Below, piece after piece: positions 40,709 through 50,467 of a DNA stretch of 64,000 nt. The notes under the pieces were generated by a model. The model searched no databases. It was not told the DNA's origin and saw nothing but the letters and a program-made list of their open reading frames with translations. Position 1 is the first letter of the stretch; each line of letters opens with the position of its first letter. Position numbers and translations under genes: made by a program. Source of the stretch: an uncultured Phycisphaerales bacterium (GTDB lineage Bacteria > Planctomycetota > Phycisphaerae > Phycisphaerales > SM1A02); NCBI GenBank assembly GCA_938084645.1, contig CALKEP010000002.1:1-64000 (forward strand), given 5' to 3'.

Positions 40709-41346
40709 CCGAAGCCCCGCGGCTTCGACTGGGCTGCCTGATCTCCGGCGGCGGACGGACCGTGCTGAATCTGCAGACCGCGATCGAACGCGATGCGATT
40801 CCCGCGGAGATCACGACGGTGATCGCCCATCGCGAGGAGCTCGCCGGCGTGGAACGCTGCCGTGCCGCAGGGCTCGCGGTGGAGATCGTGACCGACGGCG
40901 GGCCGGAGGCCGTCGACGAGGTTCTGCATGCGGCTCGAGTCGATCTCGTCTGCCTCTGCGGCTATCTCCGTCACTTCGCGGTCGAACCGCGCTGGAAGGA
41001 CCGGGTCGTCAACATCCACCCCTCGCTCCTGCCGAACCACGGTGGTCGCGGAATGTACGGCGACCGCGTGCATGCCGCGGTCCTGGCCGCGGGCGACGTC
41101 GAGACGGGCTGCACCGTCCATGCGGTCGACGAGATCTACGATCACGGCGCGGTCATTCTCCAGCGACGATGCCCCGTCCACCCCGATGACACGACCTCGA
41201 CGCTGGCCGCCCGGGTGTTCGAGGCCGAATGCGTCGCGATGCCCACCGCGATCCGGGATCTCGCGGAAGGTCGGATCCGGATCGAACGGGGGCGGGTGAT
41301 CACGACGACGACGCCTGCCCCCGATTCCGCCCGAACCCCGCGGTGA
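40705..41346 (+). CDS. purN: Phosphoribosylglycinamide formyltransferase
   Basis: LISGGG, NIHPSLLP, GCTVH, YDHG. Confidence 0.93.
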   Translation: MTEAPRLRLGCLISGGGRTVLNLQTAIERDAIPAEITTVIAHREELAGVERCRAAGLAVEIVTDGGPEAVDEVLHAARVDLVCLCGYLRHFAVEPRWKDRVVNIHPSLLPNHGGRGMYGDRVHAAVLAAGDVETGCTVHAVDEIYDHGAVILQRRCPVHPDDTTSTLAARVFEAECVAMPTAIRDLAEGRIRIERGRVITTTTPAPDSARTPR

Positions 41347-41375
41347 TCCTGCATCCGGCTGCTAGCATCGACTCG

Positions 41376-42854
41376 ATGCGATCGCCGATGTCCAGAATCC
41401 GAACCGTCGACCGACCCCTGCCCTCGGTCGCGATTCTCGTGGCGCTGCTCGCCGCGTTCCTGGTCGGGAACACCGTGCACGGTGACGATGCGGAGGAGGC
41501 CGCGGCCCTCGAACGCCGGATCGTCCGCACCTTCGCGAGCGGGGACCACGATGCCGCGCTGGTCCTCGTCGATCGCTACATCGCCGCGTGGCCGGACGCT
41601 CCGCACATGCGTTACAACCGGGCCTGCGGGCTCGCGCTGCTCGGTCGCCCGGACGAAGCCGCCGCCGCCCTGCTGGTCGCGGTCGAACACGGCTTCCGCG
41701 ACTTCGAGGTGATGCGACGTGATCCGGATCTCGCCTCGATCCGCGGTCATCCGACCTTCACCGCGATCCTCGAGGCCCGACGTCGGCTCGATCGCGGGAC
41801 CGCGGACAAGCAGTTCGAGGCCTGGAAGCGCCGATACGGCGACGACTACCACTACGAGACCGACGAGGAGCATCGCCTGCACTTCGCGACCGGGCTCGAC
41901 GCCAGAGCCCACGCGGACATGAAGCGGATCATCGAGCGACAGGCGACGCACCTGTCGAGTCGGATCTTCAAGTCACCGCCCCTCGACTGGTGCCTCGTCG
42001 TGGTTCCATCCGCGAACCACGTCCGCGAGGTCTTCCAGCGGATGCTCGACGTCTCGGACCCCGCCCGGACGCCCGGGGTCTACCTCCATGGAAAACGCCT
42101 GCTGGTCACCCGCGACATCGGGGAGAGCCTTCGACACGAGTTCACGCATCGCATGCACTGGGCCGACATGGATCGACTCGGACAACGGCATGCGATGTGG
42201 GTGCAGGAGGGGCTCGCGAGCCTGTACGAGGAATACGTCTGGACGGAGGATGGACGCATCCGATTCGTCCCCAACATGCGGCACAACATCGCCCGTCGGC
42301 AGGTGCAGGCCGGAATCTCCCTGGCCTGGCCCAAACTGTTCCAGCTCGACACCGATGCCTTCTTCGCCGGCAACGCCCGCTTCTATCCCCAGGTCCGCTC
42401 GATCTTCGAGTTCCTCGCGTCCGTCGACCTCCTCGAAGCGTGGTATCGCGCCTACGTGGAGACCTTCGATCGCGATCCCGGCGGCGGCCGAGCATTCGAA
42501 ATGGTGTTCGGACTGCCGGTCGACCAGGTCGAGCAGCGATGGAAATCCTGGGTCCTCGACCGGGGAGCCATCGACGACCGGGTCGAACGGGGCGATGCCT
42601 CGATCGGGGTCTCGGGCACCGACGCGGGGGATGGCGTCCGGGTCGAACGGGTCATCGGCCGCAACGCCCGGCGGGCCGGACTTCGCCGCGGGGACGTGAT
42701 CGTCCGCATCGACGACCGGCCGGTCCGGGCCCGAGGCGAGCTGATGCTCGCGATCGCCGCCCGGGACATCGGCGAAACGATCCAGGTGGAGATCCGAAGA
42801 AGGAACCAGCGGCTGGTCATCCCGGTGCGGCTCGAAGCCCTGCAGGGGTCATGA
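41376..42854 (+). CDS. Exported TPR + gluzincin-like metallopeptidase + PDZ protein
   Basis: Signal/TM, YNRAC TPR, HEFTH...WVQEGLA, C-terminal AGLRRGDVIVRID PDZ. Confidence 0.75.
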   Translation: MRSPMSRIRTVDRPLPSVAILVALLAAFLVGNTVHGDDAEEAAALERRIVRTFASGDHDAALVLVDRYIAAWPDAPHMRYNRACGLALLGRPDEAAAALLVAVEHGFRDFEVMRRDPDLASIRGHPTFTAILEARRRLDRGTADKQFEAWKRRYGDDYHYETDEEHRLHFATGLDARAHADMKRIIERQATHLSSRIFKSPPLDWCLVVVPSANHVREVFQRMLDVSDPARTPGVYLHGKRLLVTRDIGESLRHEFTHRMHWADMDRLGQRHAMWVQEGLASLYEEYVWTEDGRIRFVPNMRHNIARRQVQAGISLAWPKLFQLDTDAFFAGNARFYPQVRSIFEFLASVDLLEAWYRAYVETFDRDPGGGRAFEMVFGLPVDQVEQRWKSWVLDRGAIDDRVERGDASIGVSGTDAGDGVRVERVIGRNARRAGLRRGDVIVRIDDRPVRARGELMLAIAARDIGETIQVEIRRRNQRLVIPVRLEALQGS

Positions 42855-42925
42855 CCGCGCTCGCCGCGATCGACGCCGGGCCACGGACCACGAAGATTCC
42901 GCCCGGTTAGAATGCCGGTCTCGAC

Positions 42926-43837
42926 ATGCCAGACGACCACCCGAAGACCTTCGCCGCCGACTTCAAACGCTTCTTCGGACGCGGGCTTGCGGTCCTGCTG
43001 CCATCGGTGCTGACGCTCTGGATCCTGGTCAAGGCCTATCAGTTCGTCGATTCGGCGATCGCCCAGCCGATCAACTCCGGAATCCGCGCCGGCATCGCGG
43101 AGACCGCGGATCGCTGGCCCTTGATCGGTGAGGAGTTCGTGCCCGACGAAGCCGAGATCGCCGCCGAGATCGACGCGAGATCGAACCAGAAGGGCGCAAA
43201 CACCGATCCCGCCACGGTCCGTCGCGAACTCACCCGCCGGGAAGTCCGTGCCTGGTGGAACGATCATGCCCTGACGCTCGACTGGATCGGCATCCTCGTC
43301 GCCGTGCTCAGCGTCTACATCGCGGGTCGCCTGCTGGGCGGGTTCCTCGGTCGTCGGGTGCAGCGGCGGCTGGAACGGGTCATCACGAGCGTTCCGATCT
43401 TCAAACAGGTCTATCCCTACGTGAAGCAGGTCGTCGACTTCCTCTTTTCCGACGACAAGCCGATCAAGTTCAACCGGGTCGTCGCCGTCGAGTATCCACG
43501 GCGTGGAATCTGGGCGGTCGGACTGGTGACCGGAAGCTCGATGCGCAGCATCGAGGAGGAGTCCGGGGAGTCGCTCACCATCTTCATTCCCAGTTCGCCC
43601 ACCCCGTTCACCGGATACACGATCACCGTGCCGCACGACGAGGTCCACGAACTTCCCATCAGCATCGACGAAGCCCTTCGGTTCACGATCTCGGGCGGCG
43701 TCCTGGTGCCTCCCCAGGAGTCGATTCCCGACCGGGACACCACGGCGAGCCGACCCAAGGACGCCGAGCCGCGTATTCTTCAACAACCAAGCACACCCTC
43801 CCGTGAGTCCACGCGGGATGATTCCAAGGAGTCCTGA
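42926..43837 (+). CDS. DUF502 family membrane protein
   Basis: VEYPRRG, FIPSSPTPFTG, ISGG motifs. Confidence 0.9.
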   Translation: MPDDHPKTFAADFKRFFGRGLAVLLPSVLTLWILVKAYQFVDSAIAQPINSGIRAGIAETADRWPLIGEEFVPDEAEIAAEIDARSNQKGANTDPATVRRELTRREVRAWWNDHALTLDWIGILVAVLSVYIAGRLLGGFLGRRVQRRLERVITSVPIFKQVYPYVKQVVDFLFSDDKPIKFNRVVAVEYPRRGIWAVGLVTGSSMRSIEEESGESLTIFIPSSPTPFTGYTITVPHDEVHELPISIDEALRFTISGGVLVPPQESIPDRDTTASRPKDAEPRILQQPSTPSRESTRDDSKES

Positions 43838-43839
43838 CC

Positions 43840-44133
43840 ATGCAGATCATCGTGACCGGGCGGCACGTCGAACTCACCGATGCGATCGAACAGTACGCCA
43901 TCAAGCGATGCGCCCATCTGGAGAAGTATCGGGACCATCTGCAAGCGATCGAGATCGTGCTCGACAAGGAGAAGATCGAGTTCGACGTCGAGATCAAGAT
44001 CGACGTCCCCCACCACTCGATCTTCGTGGGTCGGGCCGCTCACGAAGATCTGTACGCAGGCATCGATCAGGCCATCGACAAGGTCGAGCGTCAGTTGCAC
44101 GACTGGAAAGAAAAGCTCCAGAGCCACAAGTAG
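43840..44133 (+). CDS. hpf: Ribosome hibernation factor HPF/RaiA
   Basis: MQIIVTGRHVELTDAI...DLYAGID...KVERQL...KEK. Confidence 0.92.
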   Translation: MQIIVTGRHVELTDAIEQYAIKRCAHLEKYRDHLQAIEIVLDKEKIEFDVEIKIDVPHHSIFVGRAAHEDLYAGIDQAIDKVERQLHDWKEKLQSHK

Positions 44134-44155
44134 TTCGTTTATCCCGGAACCAGAC

Positions 44156-44632
44156 ATGAAGCTTCGCGACATCGTGGTCGACCAGGCCATCTTCACATCG
44201 CTCGCCGCCACCAAGGCGAAGGACGTCCTCGAGGAGCTGCTCGACGGACTCGTCGCCTGCGAGGCAATCGCCGCGGACCAGCGTGACGTCTATCTGAAGG
44301 AGGCCCTCAAGCGGGAACGGAAGGGATCGACCGGCTTCGGACATGGCGTCGCGGTCCCCCACGTGAAGGCTCCCGGGCTCGAGAAACTGACCGTCGCCAT
44401 CGGCATCAGCGAGGAGGGCGTCGACTTCAACGCCCTCGACAAGCAGCCCGTGCACTCGATCTTCCTGCTGATCAGCCCGGAGGAGCGGCCCGAGGAGCAC
44501 ATCGACGCGATGGAGGCGATCTTCGGGAACCTCAGTCGTGACCAGTTCCGTCGCTTCCTGCGACAGGCCACCAGCGTGGAGGAGATCCTCACCCTCCTCG
44601 ACGAAGCCGACTCCGGCAACGCCGTCGGCTGA
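44156..44632 (+). CDS. PTS EIIA component (Ntr/Fru type)
   Basis: RERKGSTGFGHGVAVPH; DFNALD. Confidence 0.92.
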   Translation: MKLRDIVVDQAIFTSLAATKAKDVLEELLDGLVACEAIAADQRDVYLKEALKRERKGSTGFGHGVAVPHVKAPGLEKLTVAIGISEEGVDFNALDKQPVHSIFLLISPEERPEEHIDAMEAIFGNLSRDQFRRFLRQATSVEEILTLLDEADSGNAVG

Positions 44633-44644
44633 GCATCTCACGTC

Positions 44645-44920
44645 ATGCCGAGCCGGAAGGTCACCATCTCGAATCGACTCGGGCTGCACGCCCGGCCCGC
44701 CATGCTCCTCGCAGAGCGGGCGTCGGCCTTCTCGTCGACCATCGGCATCGCCCGCGCGGATTCGAGCGACCCGGTCGACGGCAAGTCCATCATGCAACTC
44801 CTGATGCTGGCGGGAACCGCAGGCACGGTGTTGAACATCACCGCGGAAGGCGACGATGCGGCGGCCGCACTCGCCTCGATCGCGGAACTGATCGAAAACG
44901 GATTCGAAGACGACGAGTGA
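44645..44920 (+). CDS. HPr family phosphocarrier
   Basis: GLHARPA (His15) and GKSIM (Ser46). Confidence 0.95.
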   Translation: MPSRKVTISNRLGLHARPAMLLAERASAFSSTIGIARADSSDPVDGKSIMQLLMLAGTAGTVLNITAEGDDAAAALASIAELIENGFEDDE

Positions 44921-44960
44921 CGGGCCGCCGGTTCGGATGCCGCGGCCCGGGATCGCGCCG

Positions 44961-45968
44961 TCACAGCCCGCCGAGCCCCTCGGCGGCCGATGGTCGCGTC
45001 ATGAGCGTGTGAATGGCCTCATCGCACGCGAGCCCCTTGAAGAAGATGCCTTCGACCGCGGTGGTGATCGGCATCTCGAGTTCGAGTTCCCGGGCACGTT
45101 CCAACACGCTTTCGACCGTCGGCACCCCTTCGACCACGCACTGCTGCTCGTCAAGGTAGGCCTCGAGGGAGGCGCCGCGGGCGATCGCCTCGCCACAGGC
45201 TCGATTGCGGCCCTCCTTGCTGAAGCAGGTGGTCGCGAGGTCGCCGACACCCGCGATGCCGAAGAAGGTTCGTGGATCCGCACCAGCCGCGGTCCCGAAA
45301 CGGGCCATCTCCGCCAGACCTCGGGCCAGCAGGGCGCTCTTCGCGTTGATGCCCAGCTCGAGCCCGTCGCAGATCCCCGCGGCGAGGGCGATCACGTTCT
45401 TGAGGGCACCGGAGAGCTCGACCCCGACGAGATCCTCGCTCTCGTAGATTCGGAGCCAGGGAGTGCCGAAGACGCGATGCGTGGCCTCCGCCGCGGTCGA
45501 GGAGGGCGAAGCCGCCACCATGAGCGCCGGGAGCCGACGAGAAAGCTCGGTGGCGATCGTCGGCCCGCTCAACACGCAGACCCGCGCGTCGCCCAGCAGT
45601 TCGGTCAGGATCTGGCTCGGGCGAAGGCCGCTGCCGATCTCGAGCCCCTTCGCGGTCGAAACCACGAGTGATTCCGAAGCGACATGGGGTGCGATCCGAT
45701 CCCAGACCGGCCGGATGAACTGCGTGGGAATCGCGTTCACCAGCACCCGTCCTTCGACGAAGATGCCGGGATCGTGCTCGAACTCGACGGCATCCGGGAT
45801 GCGCCAGCCGGGAAGTCGCGGACTCTCCCGGGTCTTCCGAAGGGCCTCGATCGAGGCCTCGAACGGGCCCCAGACCCGGACCCGAGGGGCTCCAGCCTCG
45901 ATCGCGGCCGCCGCCATCACAAGACCCATCTGGCCGTCGCCGGCGACGATGACTTCGTCCGTGCTCAT
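44961..45968 (-). CDS. gpsA: NAD(P)H-dependent glycerol-3-phosphate dehydrogenase
   Basis: KGLE, LSGP, GALKNVIA, GDLATTC..RN, VEGV. Confidence 0.93.
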   Translation of the reverse strand: MSTDEVIVAGDGQMGLVMAAAAIEAGAPRVRVWGPFEASIEALRKTRESPRLPGWRIPDAVEFEHDPGIFVEGRVLVNAIPTQFIRPVWDRIAPHVASESLVVSTAKGLEIGSGLRPSQILTELLGDARVCVLSGPTIATELSRRLPALMVAASPSSTAAEATHRVFGTPWLRIYESEDLVGVELSGALKNVIALAAGICDGLELGINAKSALLARGLAEMARFGTAAGADPRTFFGIAGVGDLATTCFSKEGRNRACGEAIARGASLEAYLDEQQCVVEGVPTVESVLERARELELEMPITTAVEGIFFKGLACDEAIHTLMTRPSAAEGLGGL

Positions 45969-46176
45969 GCCGCGGAGTCTACGGGAGGGGCGGCCCGGAA
46001 GCATCCAGAACGCGGGTGCGGATCCGGAACCACTCGAACCGGCCCGGGCGGACGAACGTAGGCGAGAAGCCGGATACAATGCGGAATCGTCCGGAGCGCG
46101 GATCGGCCACTCCACTGGCTCATCTCTCTTCCGCGGTTCCGGACGTCGCACGACCGATCCAGGTCTCGGAGTACCC

Positions 46177-48210
46177 ATGAGCCAGATGACCGCGCCGACG
46201 CCGGCCTTCTCCCCCGAACCGCAGAACGAAGCCTCCGATCAGGGAGGCCGCCGACTCGAACGCCAGCTGTTCATCGCGCTGCTCGGTGGCATGCTCCTGC
46301 TGGTGAGCGGCATCGCCCGTCTCTTCGGCGCCAGCGCCGCGGTCTCCGACATTCCGGCCGCGATCGGTGCGATCCTCCTGCTCATCCCGCTCCTGAAGGG
46401 CGCGATCCGCGAAATGAAGCGCGGCGAGCCGTCCAGCGACGCCCTCGCCACCCTCGCGGTCATCGCCGCGATCGCGGTGAACGACCTTCGCACCGCCGGC
46501 TTCCTCGCGCTCTTCCTCTGGCTCTCGAAGCTGGTCCTGAGCCGAACCGCCTGGGGCGCCCAGCGGGCGATCCGCGAACTCGTGGAACTCACGCCGGACG
46601 TGGCCCGACGCCTCGATGCGGAGGGCAACGAGTCCGAGGTCAAGCTCGCGAATCTCGCGATCGGCGACATCGTGCGGGTCCGCCCCGGCGAGAACCTCCC
46701 GGTCGACGGACGCATCTCGAGCGGCTCGAGTTCGATCAACCAGGCGTCGCTCACCGGTGAAGCGGTACCGATCGAAGCGGCCGCCGGCACCGACGTCTAC
46801 GCCGGTACCACCAACCTCACCGGACAGATCGACGTCGAGGTCACCGCGGTGGCGGACGAGACGACGATCGGCAAGGTCGAATCCCTGATCCGCGAGGCGG
46901 AAAGCGCCCGCAGCGACCGGCAGGAGATCATCGAGCGACTCGCGGGGTTCTACGTCCCCGTGGTGATCATGGTCTCCGCCCTCGTCTGGTTCTTCACCGT
47001 CCGAAGCCCCGACCGCGACGAGGCCGCCATCCGCGCCATCACGGTGCTGGTGGTGACCTGTCCAGGCGCGCTGCTCATCGCGTATCCCACGGCCATGGTC
47101 GCGGCGTTCGCGAGCGCGGCCCGACTTGGCATCATGATCAAGCAGACGCGGACGCTGGAGAGCGCCGCCAACGTCGACACCGTGGTCATGGACAAGACCG
47201 GCACCCTCACCACCGGCCGATTCGCGGTGAGTCGTCTCGCCCCCGCCGACGGCGTGGATGGCGCCACGCTCCTGCAGGCCGCGGCCGACGCGGAACAGAG
47301 TTCGAATCACCCGCTCGCGAGGTCGATCCTCGACACCGCGGAGAAGGCCCGGATCACCGCCGCGTCGATCACCGAGTACACCGAGGTTCCCGGCCGAGGC
47401 GTTCGCGCCACGCGGGAGGACGGCGTGATCAGCGCCGGACGCGGCGCCTGGCTCCGCGAACTCGCACCGGGCATCGATGCCGAGGTGTCCGAGGTCGAGG
47501 AGAAGATCGCGGGGATGTCGAGCGTGCACGTGATGCTCGGTGATCGATACCTCGGTGCCGTGGGCCTCGAAGACAAGCTTCGACGGAACGCCGGCGACGT
47601 GGTCGAGCACCTCCGAAAACTGGGCGTGCGTCGGATCTGCATCTTCACCGGCGACCGGCTGGACGTCGCGAAGCGAGTCGGCCAGTCCGTCGGCGTGGAC
47701 TCCGTGGAGGCCGAGTGCCTTCCCGAGGAGAAGCACGCGGAACTCAAGCACCTCATCGCCAACGGCCACCGGACCCTGGTGGTCGGCGACGGCATCAACG
47801 ACGGCCCGATTCTCGCCAGCGCCGACGTCGGCGTGGCGATGGGCCTCTCCGGCTCCGACATCGCGACCAACTCGGCCGGCGTGGCCCTGATGCACGACGA
47901 TCTTCGGCACGTGCCGTTCCTGCTGGAGATCGCCCGCCGCACCAAGGGCATCATCACCCAGAACATCGCGGTCAGCCTGCTCCTCGCGGTGGTCGGCCTC
48001 GCCCTCGCGGCGACCGGCAACATCAACATCTGGCTGACCCCCTTCTATCAGGCGGTCGCGTACCTCTTCGTCATCCTGAACAGCCTCCGGCTGGTCCGGT
48101 TCGGCGAGGACTTCGCCGAGGACGAGCAGGCCCGACGCCGGCTCGAGGCGGAACGGGAGCGTCGCAAGAGCCGCAGCCGGGAGGCCTCGGTCCGCCTCGC
48201 GAGAAACTGA
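46177..48210 (+). CDS. P1B-like cation-translocating P-type ATPase with CPG motif
   Basis: TGEA, DKTGTLT, NHP, TGD, GDGIND; metal-site helix TCPGALLIAYP; no N-terminal metal-binding domain. Confidence 0.93.
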   Translation: MSQMTAPTPAFSPEPQNEASDQGGRRLERQLFIALLGGMLLLVSGIARLFGASAAVSDIPAAIGAILLLIPLLKGAIREMKRGEPSSDALATLAVIAAIAVNDLRTAGFLALFLWLSKLVLSRTAWGAQRAIRELVELTPDVARRLDAEGNESEVKLANLAIGDIVRVRPGENLPVDGRISSGSSSINQASLTGEAVPIEAAAGTDVYAGTTNLTGQIDVEVTAVADETTIGKVESLIREAESARSDRQEIIERLAGFYVPVVIMVSALVWFFTVRSPDRDEAAIRAITVLVVTCPGALLIAYPTAMVAAFASAARLGIMIKQTRTLESAANVDTVVMDKTGTLTTGRFAVSRLAPADGVDGATLLQAAADAEQSSNHPLARSILDTAEKARITAASITEYTEVPGRGVRATREDGVISAGRGAWLRELAPGIDAEVSEVEEKIAGMSSVHVMLGDRYLGAVGLEDKLRRNAGDVVEHLRKLGVRRICIFTGDRLDVAKRVGQSVGVDSVEAECLPEEKHAELKHLIANGHRTLVVGDGINDGPILASADVGVAMGLSGSDIATNSAGVALMHDDLRHVPFLLEIARRTKGIITQNIAVSLLLAVVGLALAATGNINIWLTPFYQAVAYLFVILNSLRLVRFGEDFAEDEQARRRLEAERERRKSRSREASVRLARN

Positions 48211-48306
48211 GTGGACGGGTGAAATCCGGGAGATCGATTTCCAAGAAAAGGTGTGACCCTTCGCCGCACCTCGCACGATTCCCTTCGATCCGGAAGACCG
48301 AACTCC

Positions 48307-48573
48307 ATGATCCAGCCCCTCCTCGCCCAGGCTGCCGCCGTCCATTCCCCCGGCATCCTCGAATCGATCTTCCGGGACTCGTCCAACGTGGCGCTGATCC
48401 TCATCTTCGGAGGGTCCTTCCTCACGGCCATCATCGCGATCGTCGGGGGCGTGAGCCAGAAGGTGCTCGTGGGTCGAAGTCAGGAACGAACCAGGCAGGA
48501 GGTCGCCGCCTACGTGGCGGAGGGGACCATGACCGCCGACGAAGGCGAACGCCTGCTTCGAGCGGGCAAGTGA
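48307..48573 (+). CDS. Small membrane protein
   Basis: Single TM then EVAAYVAEGTMTADEGERLL (SHOCT-like helix pair). Confidence 0.7.
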   Translation: MIQPLLAQAAAVHSPGILESIFRDSSNVALILIFGGSFLTAIIAIVGGVSQKVLVGRSQERTRQEVAAYVAEGTMTADEGERLLRAGK

Positions 48574-48634
48574 GTCCCGCCCCGACCCCGTGTGATGGGA
48601 CCATGCCGGCGATGAATGGGGTACGCTCGGCCGC

Positions 48635-50365
48635 ATGAACGACGGGCACGAAACGCGACGCGGCGCGGTCCTTCCACCAGCGTTGTCGCGACATCGACCC
48701 GAACTCGCCGAACGACTTCAGGGCGTCGACGGGCTCGCCCCGGCCTCCCCCGTGCAATCCCCCGTTCCCGCCTCGATCACGCTGCCCCGCGAAGGAACGC
48801 GGCCGCTCGCGCTGTTCGTGCTCGGCGCCGGAGACGGCTCGGTGGTCGAGACCCTGCGCCAGGCGATGGATCGCGAACGGACCGACACCGTCGCGGTGGT
48901 CGTCGAACCCGATCGAAGACGCCTCGCCGGCTCGTTCTCGAGCCATGACTGGTCGGAGATCCTCGCGGATCCACGGATCCGATTCGCCGACGGCGACCCG
49001 ATCGACGAGGCCATACGCAACGCGCTCCCCGAAGTCGGGGATCCACTGCGTGCGATCGTCAACGGCGTCGGCCTGCTTCCCGGTGACGCCGCACGGTTCG
49101 AGTCGCTGCGGGAAGCGGTCCTCGAGGTCGGACGCGTCGCCAACACCCGGTTCCTCCTCGACGCCTCGCGACAGTCCGAACGTCGGGCGACGACGGCGGC
49201 TGCCCCCCGGTCGTCCGACGGTCCCCGGAGAATCGCGGCGATCGTCGACGCGGGCTCGACCGCGCTGCGACATCTCGCCACGTCGATCGGCGCGGCCGCC
49301 CGTCGCGCCGGGCATGACGTCCTGATTCGAAACAGCGACATCCGCCGCGACCCGTTCGCCGCGACCGAGGACGCTCGATTCGCCCTTGACGCCGATCCCG
49401 ACCTGCTGCTTTCCTTCCTGCGTCCCGGCCGGTCGACCATTCCCTGGCGACACGATCTCGCCACGCTGGTCGTCGCGAGTTCGAATCCCCGGCTTCTCCC
49501 CTTCGAGCGCTTCGACTGGAGCGATCGGGATCTCGTCGTCGCGGCCACCCCGGACTTCGCCGCCTGCTACGCGACGCTCCCCTGCCACACGTCGGTCCGC
49601 CCCCTCGCCGCGGACCTGCCCGACCTGCCTTCCGCCGCAGTTGACGCGGCCCGGGCGACCGGGGATTCGAACGATCGGACGGTTCTCCTGGTCGGGAACA
49701 TCCCCGGCATCGACGTCGTCGCATCGGATCTCCCCGACGATGCCAGACGCGTGCTCGCGGACGCCGCGGACGCCTGGCTCGAAACGCCCGAAAAGAGCAT
49801 CGAGGCGATGATCGCGACCACCGCGCTCGATGGAGACGACGCGTTCCGGTCCCGGATCCGAATTGCGCTCGGCTATGAAGCGACCCGAAGGCGACGGATC
49901 CGATGTGCGGTGATGCTCGCGGAGGCCGGCTTCGACGTCCGCATCCACGGGGAGACCGCCTGGGAGCAGGCGGTCGCGGGGACCGCGGCCGAAGGTCGCT
50001 GGAAGGGATGGCTGCCTGCGGGCGATGAACAGGTTGCCGCGTTCCACCGGGCCGGCGTGGTCGTCAACGTGAATTCCTTCGCCGCTCCCGGCGGGCTCAA
50101 CATGCGCACCTTCGAGGTCCCGGCCGCGGCCGGGGTGCTGGTGACGGACGATCGACCCGCGGTCCGTGATGCCTTCGAGGTGGGCGTCGAAGCCCTCGCC
50201 TTCGAGCGGATCGAGGAACTTCCGGAACTCGTCGGCGACGTGCTCGAGACCACCGACCGAAGAGCGGCGATCGCGAACGCCGGCCGCGAACGAGTCCGTC
50301 GCGATCACACCTGGGACGCGTGGTGGGCGTGGGCGGAGCGCGAACTTCGTCGACGTCGCGACTGA
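48635..50365 (+). CDS. CgeB-like glycosyltransferase with N-terminal Rossmann-like domain
   Basis: C-terminal LNMRTFEVPAAAG..., IANAGRERV..DHTW; N-terminal VLGAGDG...VVVEPD. Confidence 0.78.
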   Translation: MNDGHETRRGAVLPPALSRHRPELAERLQGVDGLAPASPVQSPVPASITLPREGTRPLALFVLGAGDGSVVETLRQAMDRERTDTVAVVVEPDRRRLAGSFSSHDWSEILADPRIRFADGDPIDEAIRNALPEVGDPLRAIVNGVGLLPGDAARFESLREAVLEVGRVANTRFLLDASRQSERRATTAAAPRSSDGPRRIAAIVDAGSTALRHLATSIGAAARRAGHDVLIRNSDIRRDPFAATEDARFALDADPDLLLSFLRPGRSTIPWRHDLATLVVASSNPRLLPFERFDWSDRDLVVAATPDFAACYATLPCHTSVRPLAADLPDLPSAAVDAARATGDSNDRTVLLVGNIPGIDVVASDLPDDARRVLADAADAWLETPEKSIEAMIATTALDGDDAFRSRIRIALGYEATRRRRIRCAVMLAEAGFDVRIHGETAWEQAVAGTAAEGRWKGWLPAGDEQVAAFHRAGVVVNVNSFAAPGGLNMRTFEVPAAAGVLVTDDRPAVRDAFEVGVEALAFERIEELPELVGDVLETTDRRAAIANAGRERVRRDHTWDAWWAWAERELRRRRD

Positions 50366-50467
50366 GCGGTGTTCGAACGAAATGAGAATCGCCGCGGAAC
50401 GACCCGAAGGGGCCGGTCCGCGGCGACGTGTGATCGGTGATGGTCCGGCCACCCGGCCAGACGACGA

